Positions 56,254 through 64,000 of a stretch of 64,000 nt of DNA are shown in pieces. The DNA is taken from contig JBPOFY010000003.1 in NCBI GenBank assembly GCA_051252375.1, positions 256,001 to 320,000 on the forward strand, given 5' to 3'. The translations under genes and the position numbers were made by a program. Numbering within the stretch: position 1 is the first letter of the stretch; every line of letters starts with the position of its first letter. The DNA comes from Opitutaceae bacterium. Its GTDB lineage: Bacteria; Verrucomicrobiota; Verrucomicrobiia; Opitutales; Coraliomargaritaceae. The notes beneath the pieces were generated by a model. The model ran no database searches and was not told where the DNA came from. It saw only the letters and a program-made list of their open reading frames with translations.

Positions 56254-59200
56254 TTAGTTGGTCTCTTCTTCACGAACAAGTTGACCATCGCGAGTCTCGC
56301 GAACTGCGATCTTCACATCGTTTTCTTCAAATCCGGAAATTTTGATTTCTTGAGTGCGTCCATCGGACAGCTTGACGATTAACTCGTCGGCGCTCTTTGC
56401 AGTAACAGACTCGATGACGGATTCTGTTTCGTATGGCTCAATCACTGAGAGGAAACGCGCCTGCGTGCCTTCACTTCGAACGGCCATCGTTTTGCGGCGC
56501 TGCGTTTCGTCGCCCAAAGGGTAGTCGCCACCGAGGGTGGCTTTGAAGCTGACAACATCGAGGCCGCTGAGGTCGATGGTGACGCTACCGGATTCTTTGG
56601 AGTTCTCTGGCATGCCTGCAATAGACTGATCCATCGGCACGCCGGCGATCTTAACTGGGCCACCGTAGTAGTCTTGCCCCTGTGTCTCGGGTAGTAGGAT
56701 GTTGTCGTAACTGATTGGAAGTTCGTGGATGTATTTCTCCGAACCGTCCTTGAGCACAATGCGGGCATCGCCCCAGAAGATGGTGTTGTTGCGTGGCTTT
56801 TCCGTCTTGGTGGTCAGCGTGAGTTGCTTTGAACCGGAGATGTCCGCGTCGATTTGACGCTCTCCAAGGATCCAAGCACCGGTGCTGTCGTCGACCACGG
56901 TATTCCCGTCGGCTGCGACTGAGAACCAGACGCGCTTGTTGACTCCAAAGCTTTCCGCAGCAGCAGCGATCATGACTTCGCTATCTTTTGGCCATGCGTT
57001 GAATACATCCATCTTGAGGACGCCTTCTTCACTGTTCGGCATGCGAGCGCCTGCGTTGTCGGCGCCTTTGCCCCAGCGTGTTTCAAACTTGGAACGTGCG
57101 GTGCCAGTCGTGGCATACCAATTACAATCGGTTACGAATTGTCCCGCACCTAATGGGTCTTTGTTCATTTGACCGTCGTGGCGAATCAGCTCAGTGCTTT
57201 CGGAAGTGATGCCCTTGAAGCCCTTGATGTTGATCAGCCAGTCGAAGGTGCGCTCCTGTTCGGCTTCGAGGTAGTCCGCGAGCACAATATAGTCGTCCAT
57301 CATGATCATGAGGCGGCGTTGCAGGACTGGTTCGGTGTAGTCGGTGCAAAGACCATACTCGGGTGTTTCATCCGGGATGAATAAGGAACGGTTCTCTAGC
57401 TCGGACTTCTCTTTAAACGATGCGTAGTCATCGCCATAAACCAGGCCACCATAAGGAGGGTGGCTCCAACGTGCGTTGGACTCGACTACAGTGGCCTGTA
57501 GCATGTCGCCGGTGTAGAAGAAGGTGCGGAAGCTTTCAACGGGTTCTTGCTGCTTCTGATCGACGACGACCATGTTCTTGTTGATCGAGGTCTGAACAAG
57601 GAATTTGTAGAGGTAGGAACCATAACCATACCAGAACATTTCAGGGTTATAGAAACTGCGGCCATAGCGGGCCATGTGCACTAAGCTGGTTCGGTCGAAG
57701 TGGCCATGGTGTCCGCCGTGTGAACCGTAGTGGAGGACGGCTTGGATTTGTTCGCGCTGCTCGCGGTTCTCCGCTTGTGAGCGTAATTGCACGACGCCCA
57801 TGTTGTCGGCATAGGCGGACTCTGCCATTTTCTCGGAAGTATGGTCGGGTAGGTCGGGGACGCCGTAGAGTAGGTGGCGACCTTCGCCGCGGTTGATGAT
57901 GGCAGCGTATTCAGGATCTCGATACAGGTAGTAGGCCAGTTCGTAGGGTTTGCCTGTTACATAGGATTCCTGTGCGTCGTTGATCGCGAAGATGACGCCG
58001 CGATAGTCTAGGAAGGGGACGGTGGCGTCCCACATGTCTTTAATGCCGATGCTGTTTTGTGCGAGGGTGCCCCATTTTTCAAATGCCATGCCGTGCAAGC
58101 CCTTGACGCGGCGACTTGCTTGCAGGGAGAAGTGTGGGGTGGTGCCAATTTGAAAGCGCTGATCCTTCAGGTTGATTCCCCAAGGCTCTAGCGCGATAGC
58201 GATTTCGGAAAACTCACTGGCCACCCAAGTATTGTAGCCGACCGCGCATTCATACCACCAGCCATCACTCATGATGCCGTGATAGATCTGAGCATAGATA
58301 CCAGTTGGTGAATTCAACAGATGATCGACGTAATGCCAATCTTGCAGCGCGAGTGCTGCGTAGGCAGCAGCAGTGAGTTCGGCGACGTTCCAATTACTAA
58401 TGGCGCCGCGCGTGTTGCCTTTGATCGTCCGTTCAATGTAGCGGCGCAGTGTCTTTTCCATGCGGTCATGGTCATCCTCGGTCATCAGGTCTGAGTCACG
58501 AATCATGTCGTAGGCGCGGGTGACGCCTTGAAAGAAGACGCCTTCGCCGACAAATGAGATGTCGCCGCCACGTTCGGTGACGAGATAGCCATCATTATCA
58601 CGGTTGAGACGGCGGAAGAGCTGTAGGCATTTTTCTGCGTATTCTTGCTTGCCGGTTACTTGATACGCGATGCCTGTTGCGATCAGCTTGTCGGAGTCGC
58701 TCTTGTGGAAAATTGATTTCGCGTGGGGATTTTCTGGATCGAGCGCATTGCCTTCGGAAACCTTCCAATTGGAAGCGATTTTTTCATACTCAGCGAGCGA
58801 GTCTTTGGCCCAATCGTAACGCTCAACTTTCTCACGGACTTCTTGCCACTTGTCTGCGGTGAACACGACATTGGGTGTTGGAACGGCAACCGCAGTGGTC
58901 AGTTCGATACTTTCGGAGGCCGAGCCGTCGCCGTTTGGCGTCACTCGAATCACTTGATTCTCACGGACTCCTGATGGCAATGACGCGGGGATATCGACGG
59001 TGACTGTGCAGTTGGCGACTTCGCCCGGCCCAAGTTGTAGTGTCGAAGGTTGGACGGAGGCAGTCATGGATTCCCAGCCCAAACGCTCAAGCTGAACTTG
59101 AACTGCCTGAGTGCTGTCGGTGGTGTTGCCAATACTCAGTTCGTAGGCAACTGAACCACCTGCGCTTGTCGCCTTGCCGCGAATTGAAGCATCCAATGCT

Positions 59201-59730
59201 AGCACCTCGCCTTGTGTGACTTCGACGTTTCGAATTTGTAGTTCTTGGGCACTGCTTGATGTCGCAGTGATTTCAAGCGTCTTGACAGCCTGAAGCGTGT
59301 TGCCGAGTTGGCCCATGTTGATATCGAAAAGCTTCCAAGGAACATAGACCTGTTGCCAACCTTGGCCTGCGAGTTGCAGTTTTGCAGTGCTGATCGGGTT
59401 CAGATTTTGGTAGTCCAGCGGGTCCACTTTGATTGCAACACTGAGCTCTGCCGATGATTCGTTTTCGAGGTAGATTTCAAATGCGATGCCCGCGTAGTCA
59501 TACCAGTCTGCAGAGTCTCCATAAAAATCCCTCAATAGTCCCGGGTAGACACGATTCTGATCCGAGTAGGTGTAGCTGATGGGCTGGCTGTTCTGGATTA
59601 CAGCCGCTTGCTCGCTAACACTGGAAACACCCGACCAGTCGCTTAAGTCGTTTTCTCCGATACTTTTGCGCAGATCGGCATGCGCGAATGATGCTAGGGC
59701 TAGGGACAGAAAGACGAGGTATTGCTTCAT
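56254..59730 (-). CDS. Large heparinase II/III-/oligoalginate-lyase-like protein, paralog 2
   Basis: Colinear with 52757..56242 along its full length; same motifs (YGSHGGHHGHFDR). Confidence 0.75.
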   Translation of the reverse strand: MKQYLVFLSLALASFAHADLRKSIGENDLSDWSGVSSVSEQAAVIQNSQPISYTYSDQNRVYPGLLRDFYGDSADWYDYAGIAFEIYLENESSAELSVAIKVDPLDYQNLNPISTAKLQLAGQGWQQVYVPWKLFDINMGQLGNTLQAVKTLEITATSSSAQELQIRNVEVTQGEVLALDASIRGKATSAGGSVAYELSIGNTTDSTQAVQVQLERLGWESMTASVQPSTLQLGPGEVANCTVTVDIPASLPSGVRENQVIRVTPNGDGSASESIELTTAVAVPTPNVVFTADKWQEVREKVERYDWAKDSLAEYEKIASNWKVSEGNALDPENPHAKSIFHKSDSDKLIATGIAYQVTGKQEYAEKCLQLFRRLNRDNDGYLVTERGGDISFVGEGVFFQGVTRAYDMIRDSDLMTEDDHDRMEKTLRRYIERTIKGNTRGAISNWNVAELTAAAYAALALQDWHYVDHLLNSPTGIYAQIYHGIMSDGWWYECAVGYNTWVASEFSEIAIALEPWGINLKDQRFQIGTTPHFSLQASRRVKGLHGMAFEKWGTLAQNSIGIKDMWDATVPFLDYRGVIFAINDAQESYVTGKPYELAYYLYRDPEYAAIINRGEGRHLLYGVPDLPDHTSEKMAESAYADNMGVVQLRSQAENREQREQIQAVLHYGSHGGHHGHFDRTSLVHMARYGRSFYNPEMFWYGYGSYLYKFLVQTSINKNMVVVDQKQQEPVESFRTFFYTGDMLQATVVESNARWSHPPYGGLVYGDDYASFKEKSELENRSLFIPDETPEYGLCTDYTEPVLQRRLMIMMDDYIVLADYLEAEQERTFDWLINIKGFKGITSESTELIRHDGQMNKDPLGAGQFVTDCNWYATTGTARSKFETRWGKGADNAGARMPNSEEGVLKMDVFNAWPKDSEVMIAAAAESFGVNKRVWFSVAADGNTVVDDSTGAWILGERQIDADISGSKQLTLTTKTEKPRNNTIFWGDARIVLKDGSEKYIHELPISYDNILLPETQGQDYYGGPVKIAGVPMDQSIAGMPENSKESGSVTIDLSGLDVVSFKATLGGDYPLGDETQRRKTMAVRSEGTQARFLSVIEPYETESVIESVTAKSADELIVKLSDGRTQEIKISGFEENDVKIAVRETRDGQLVREEETN

Positions 59731-59811
59731 AGTATTGTTCTAAAGTGTGCGGCTCTGTGTGCCGATTTATTTAGTGATCTGGGTGTTTACATTGGTAACT
59801 CAACGCAGCTT

Positions 59812-61602
59812 TTACTCTTTAGAATCACTTTCAACAACGAAGATAGACTTGCCTTGAACGCTAGGATTAAGGATCCAGCGATTGCCGACGCGTTTTGCAG
59901 GGATCGGGCGACCATCTTGGAGGACTGAAGTGCCACCTTCGATAACAGGTAGCTCGAGTTGTAATTGTATTTGCGGTGGAATATCCAATGAGAGTGTGAA
60001 GGCATCTCCTTGTTCCCATTCGATTAGGATCGGGCCATGCGGTGTTGGCACTTTCCCTTTGGCGAAGCTCAACCCGCTTGGTTGTGGGCGAATACGTGCG
60101 GTTTGCCATCCTGGAGTTAAAGCTTCAGCCCCTAAGACATAGCGGGGTAGCAAGTTGGCCGGTGCAGCGCCCCAGGCATGATTCCAGTCTTGGTTGGACT
60201 TATATTTCATATCCCAAGCTTCCCAAGTGATGGTTGCGCCGGATTCCACCATGTGTCGCCAACTGCGATCGGTGGGTGCAGTCATCAAGTCGACCGCAGC
60301 TTGACTGGCTCCATTCTCAAAAAGTGCTTCGAGCAAATATTGGGCGGCATAAACAGAGCAGCTCATTCCACGTTCGACCAGCCAATCAGTGATCGCAGGG
60401 CGTTGTTCTACCGGCACTAAATCGAGGGCCAAGGGGAAGAGGTTTGCATGCGCCGATTGATGGTGTGTGTGGATGCCATCGTTGTAGCGTCCTGATTTGG
60501 AATCAAAAAGCTGTGCTTGAAATTCGATCTGAGCATTTGATGCCATCTCGCGCCACTTGCTGGCATCACTTGAAAGTTCGAGGGCATCTGCTAAATCAGC
60601 CATCATGAATAAGCTTCGTATGTAAAACGCATTCACGACCGTGTTGACTTCGGTGAATACAAATCCGTCGCGTTCGCCCTTTGGCCAATCGACTATGTCA
60701 TCTCTTTTGATCTGCTTGTCGTTGCTGTGGACGAGGCTGTCTTTCACACGGTCCAAAAGGAGTTTTGATTCGAGCGCGGAATAACGAGGACGCAGCCATT
60801 CTGCGTCGCCAGTGTGCATCCAGTCGGCATGCGCCATGAAAATCATATGTGATGCCCATTCCGTCGGCCATGTCGGGTGCTGCATCAAATAGTCGTAGGT
60901 ATCGCGCGCCATTTGAATATCATTGTCGGTGTAGTAATGACTTAGCTGATTTAAATAAGCGTCGGCCTCGTAAGGAATACGCTCACGGTCACCGTCCACA
61001 TAGACACCTGCAAAAGTGGTTGCTTTGATCGACCATTTACAAAGCTCCCAGATGCGATTGAGCATCTCATCGGAACATTCGAATGTGGCCGCATTATCAT
61101 CCCAGTTAGATGAATATGCCGCGCGCCTCGTTATGTGTTCGGGCAGAAGCTCGCCTTTCCATCCTTCGATTTCTACCCAACGAAAGGGGAGGATCACACC
61201 CCATTCTTTAGGCGTCAGGACAGCATTTCGGTCGACTCTGGTATTTCGGCTGTCCGCTGGCGGTGCGGCAATAATCGAGTCGGCACCAGTTAGTGTGACT
61301 GTCGCTTGGTTATAGCGGACAGTGCCCGAAGGCTTTCGATTGACTCTGCCATTCGTGAAGTCCTCTCCGAAGTGAACTGTGATTGTAGCGTTCGATCTTT
61401 CTGGAGGGCTTAGCAGGATGTTGCCAAAAGCAACACGACCAAAGTCGACGATGTATACGCCCGAAGCATCTTGCACAATACTGACAGGCGATTCTTCGTT
61501 GATCTTGGTAGGTTGATCCGTGGCTGCAAATGCACTAACTTTGAATGTCAGTGCAAGTATTCCCGCAAATCGAAATAGGGGTGCTGTGATACGTCTGGTC
61601 AT
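59812..61602 (-). CDS. GH78 alpha-L-rhamnosidase family
   Basis: VDFGRVAFG, YVDGDRERIPYEAD, TWEAW, WNHAWGAAP; signal peptide from ATG 61602. Confidence 0.9.
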   Translation of the reverse strand: MTRRITAPLFRFAGILALTFKVSAFAATDQPTKINEESPVSIVQDASGVYIVDFGRVAFGNILLSPPERSNATITVHFGEDFTNGRVNRKPSGTVRYNQATVTLTGADSIIAAPPADSRNTRVDRNAVLTPKEWGVILPFRWVEIEGWKGELLPEHITRRAAYSSNWDDNAATFECSDEMLNRIWELCKWSIKATTFAGVYVDGDRERIPYEADAYLNQLSHYYTDNDIQMARDTYDYLMQHPTWPTEWASHMIFMAHADWMHTGDAEWLRPRYSALESKLLLDRVKDSLVHSNDKQIKRDDIVDWPKGERDGFVFTEVNTVVNAFYIRSLFMMADLADALELSSDASKWREMASNAQIEFQAQLFDSKSGRYNDGIHTHHQSAHANLFPLALDLVPVEQRPAITDWLVERGMSCSVYAAQYLLEALFENGASQAAVDLMTAPTDRSWRHMVESGATITWEAWDMKYKSNQDWNHAWGAAPANLLPRYVLGAEALTPGWQTARIRPQPSGLSFAKGKVPTPHGPILIEWEQGDAFTLSLDIPPQIQLQLELPVIEGGTSVLQDGRPIPAKRVGNRWILNPSVQGKSIFVVESDSKE

Positions 61603-61625
61603 GATTTTAAAATGCTTAATTTTAC

Positions 61626-63179
61626 TCACTGTCCGCTCTTCCAAAGAACGATATCACTAAAGTCGTTTTCGACTGCTGTTCCCGCTGTGCTGCGGCCGCG
61701 AGCGACTTCGGATTCGAGTTGCTGTAACAGGCGCTTGGCGATTTCGGGGTGGGTCGCGTAGAGGTTGTTCGTTTCACCGGGGTCGGCCTCCATATCGTAG
61801 AGTTGTGCTTTGAGCGCATCGGTAGGTGCTTCAGCCTCAGTCGGGGTGGTCCAACCTCCGGAACTTTTCGCAAGGAGTAGTTTCCACTTGCCTGAGCGAT
61901 AGGCAAAATGTCCGCTGAAGGAGTGATGGATCAGACCCATGCGTTGCGAGACGATCGGTGCGCCTTTAAGGGCGGGGAGGAAACTCACGCTGTCTTCGCC
62001 AGCGGTTCTAGGTAGTGTGGCGTTGGTGAGTTCTGCGCAGGTGGCCATTAGGTCGTTTAGAGAGATGAGTTGATCTGACATGGAGCCTGACTTTATGCCA
62101 GCGGGCCAGCGCACGATGAAGGGCACGCGGTGACCGCCATCCCAAAGGTCGCCTTTTGAACCGCGATATTCGGCGCTGAAGTAGTGGCCTTGTTCGAGTA
62201 GTTTATCGGTGCCGCACCATTTGGAAGTGCCGTTGTCGCTGGTCACGATAACAATGGTGTTTTCTCCAAGTCCGGAGGCATCGAGTGCATCGACGATCTC
62301 GCCTATGATGGCATCGGTGTGCATGACGAAGTCACCGTAGTCGCCAATGCTGCTTATTCCTTTCCATTCACTGGTGGGCACTATGGGAGTGTGCGGCGAA
62401 GTGAGGGAGACGTAGGCGAAGAAAGGTGTGCTAGCGTCCTGTTGCTGAATATACTCAATAGTCCTTTTTGTGATCAGCGGCAAGGTCTGCACGTCGTCGA
62501 AATCTTTTTCTTTCGGTCCTTTGCGGCCGGTGTTGTGCAGCATGATTTCATCCGCAACAAAGCGGTCGTTTTCGATGTAGACATAGGGCGGAATATTGAG
62601 CGAAGACGAAATGCCCCAGAAACTGTCGAACCCGAGAGCTACCGGGCCGCCGATGATCGGAGCCGACCAGTCGACATTGGTGATGCCGTCGGTATCCATC
62701 GGCTCGTCGTTGATGGTTTTGAGACCTAGTCCGAGGTGCCATTTCCCGATGCACGCGGTGTTATAGCCTTGCTGCTTCAACAAGCTGGCAACAGTTAAAC
62801 GATCCGACGGAATCAGCGGGGGATCGAAGCCCATGATGACTTGTGCTTGAAGGTGAGTGCGCCAATTGTAGCGACCGGTCAGAATGCTGTAGCGGGTGGG
62901 GGTGCAGACCGAAGAGCTGCTGTGGGCATCGGTAAAGGTCATGCCTTCTTGGGCGAGCTGATCGATACGAGGAGTCTTGATTTTGCCAAGTTCGGGATTG
63001 AGGCAGCTGACATCACCATAGCCGAGATCGTCGGCTAATATATATACGATGTTCGGAGCAGGGCTTTCGATCGGGCGCGCTACAGCCATTGCGCTAAGGA
63101 AGTTTGCTGTCGAGAATAGTAGCAGTGCGATCGTGCCGAATGTATGGCTTCTTGTTATGAAGATTTTTAGCGAGCGCAT
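61626..63179 (-). CDS. Formylglycine-dependent sulfatase (S1)
   Basis: PNIVYILADDLGYGD, CTPTR, GKWHLG; start ATG 63179. Confidence 0.95.
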   Translation of the reverse strand: MRSLKIFITRSHTFGTIALLLFSTANFLSAMAVARPIESPAPNIVYILADDLGYGDVSCLNPELGKIKTPRIDQLAQEGMTFTDAHSSSSVCTPTRYSILTGRYNWRTHLQAQVIMGFDPPLIPSDRLTVASLLKQQGYNTACIGKWHLGLGLKTINDEPMDTDGITNVDWSAPIIGGPVALGFDSFWGISSSLNIPPYVYIENDRFVADEIMLHNTGRKGPKEKDFDDVQTLPLITKRTIEYIQQQDASTPFFAYVSLTSPHTPIVPTSEWKGISSIGDYGDFVMHTDAIIGEIVDALDASGLGENTIVIVTSDNGTSKWCGTDKLLEQGHYFSAEYRGSKGDLWDGGHRVPFIVRWPAGIKSGSMSDQLISLNDLMATCAELTNATLPRTAGEDSVSFLPALKGAPIVSQRMGLIHHSFSGHFAYRSGKWKLLLAKSSGGWTTPTEAEAPTDALKAQLYDMEADPGETNNLYATHPEIAKRLLQQLESEVARGRSTAGTAVENDFSDIVLWKSGQ

Positions 63180-63186
63180 GGGGCTG

Positions 63187-64000
63187 TTACTTTGAAAGAC
63201 GAATGGCAAGGCCAGTGAAAGGTTTGAGGTGCTTGAGTGTTAAAACTTGTTTTTGGATGGTCGCTGAAATTGAGGAATCGGCAAATAACTCTTTGAGTTT
63301 CCAATGCTCATCGAGTTGGATTTCAACAGTCTCAGGCGCGGTTTCAAAGGTATGCACCACGCAAAATGCCTCCAGTAAATTACTGTTCAAGCGTATGACC
63401 ACTTGGTAGCCACGCGGTTTTTGATAGCTAAGTGGTTCTTCGCCTTGTCGTTGGGAACTGCCATTGCGAATGGAGCCTTTGATCTTCTGATAGAATTCGG
63501 TCGCCTCCTCGACTATCGCCATTTGTGCTTCACTCAGGTCGTGGATGTCTCCGGAAAGGCACATCCGGCCTAGGAAGGTTGCAGCGAGTGAGTAGCGTAG
63601 GCGGTTGAATGAGTCCTCCTTACGTAGCACGGCCCAGATCTGGTTTTGACGCATCGGAATCATGCGTTGGGTGTTGGCCGCGATGAGTGGAATATCGATG
63701 CCCTCATGGCTGTCGGAGAAACCGCCCATGCTTGCTACGTTCATCCAGCAAGGGACTAGGCGGTGACCTCCCGATGAGCAGACTTCGATCACCAACTCGG
63801 GGATTTCTTCGCGTAGGCGCTTGAAGAAACGCTCTACACCTTCGAGGTGTTGACGGAGGCCTTCGCCGAGCGATTCCGCGCTATCACAGCCGACGCCAAT
63901 GGAATCGTTGTAGTCGGTCTTTAGATAGCCGATACCATTCTCCTTGAGCATTTTGATGACTTTCTCAGCTAAGTAGTCGTGCACCCAAGGGTCACGGAAA
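63187..64000 (-). CDS. GH36 alpha-galactosidase-like (clan D), C-terminal part; 5' end outside the window
   Basis: Frame is open to the window edge (FRDPWVHDY); YLKTDYN, EVCSSGGHR, FSDSHE. Confidence 0.85.
   Translation of the reverse strand, partial: FRDPWVHDYLAEKVIKMLKENGIGYLKTDYNDSIGVGCDSAESLGEGLRQHLEGVERFFKRLREEIPELVIEVCSSGGHRLVPCWMNVASMGGFSDSHEGIDIPLIAANTQRMIPMRQNQIWAVLRKEDSFNRLRYSLAATFLGRMCLSGDIHDLSEAQMAIVEEATEFYQKIKGSIRNGSSQRQGEEPLSYQKPRGYQVVIRLNSNLLEAFCVVHTFETAPETVEIQLDEHWKLKELFADSSISATIQKQVLTLKHLKPFTGLAIRLSK

Noticed and set aside
61603..63209. Overlaps between GH78/sulfatase and sulfatase/GH36 in the ORF track
   Set aside because: They disappear when downstream ATGs (61602, 63179) that begin signal peptides are used.
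1..64000. Defence systems, prophage, transposases, rRNA/tRNA, known riboswitches, and the many short nested ORFs
   Set aside because: No supporting motifs seen; the short ORFs lie within or antisense to well-supported genes.

Overview
The whole 64 kb is one dense polysaccharide-degradation region. It most likely comes from a Verrucomicrobiota (Opitutia-like) genome, inferred from PEP-CTERM proteins, passenger-type beta-strand repeats, many sulfatases and the absence of SusC/SusD. About 30 CDS are present: 4 formylglycine sulfatases; GH3, GH29, GH95, GH78 and a partial GH36; a GH30-like multimodular enzyme; a DUF6250+GH43-like fusion missed by the ORF track; 3 heparinase II/III-type lyase-like proteins; a ~1965-aa alginate-lyase-fold multimodular protein; 5 proteins with beta-helix domains from two uncharacterised families; 3 esterases; an S8 peptidase; a 2-hydroxyacid dehydrogenase; and 2 PEP-CTERM proteins. 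I found no transporter, regulator, rRNA, tRNA, CRISPR array or transposase. Structure not explained by the gene list: (1) a 14-bp palindrome, (G/T)TCAA(A/C)CG(C/T)(T/A)TGA(A/C), upstream of six transcription units, suggesting one regulon that includes the non-catalytic PEP-CTERM proteins; (2) a shared C-terminal domain on three unrelated giant secreted proteins, and a shared N-terminal module on two membrane-tethered proteins, together a candidate export/surface-display system; (3) a ~200-aa domain in four copies, a candidate new binding module; (4) an apparently circularly permuted NPCBM domain in two tandem lyases; (5) several REP/REPIN-like families with compensatory covariation and nesting. 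Family assignments come from recognised motifs, not database searches.
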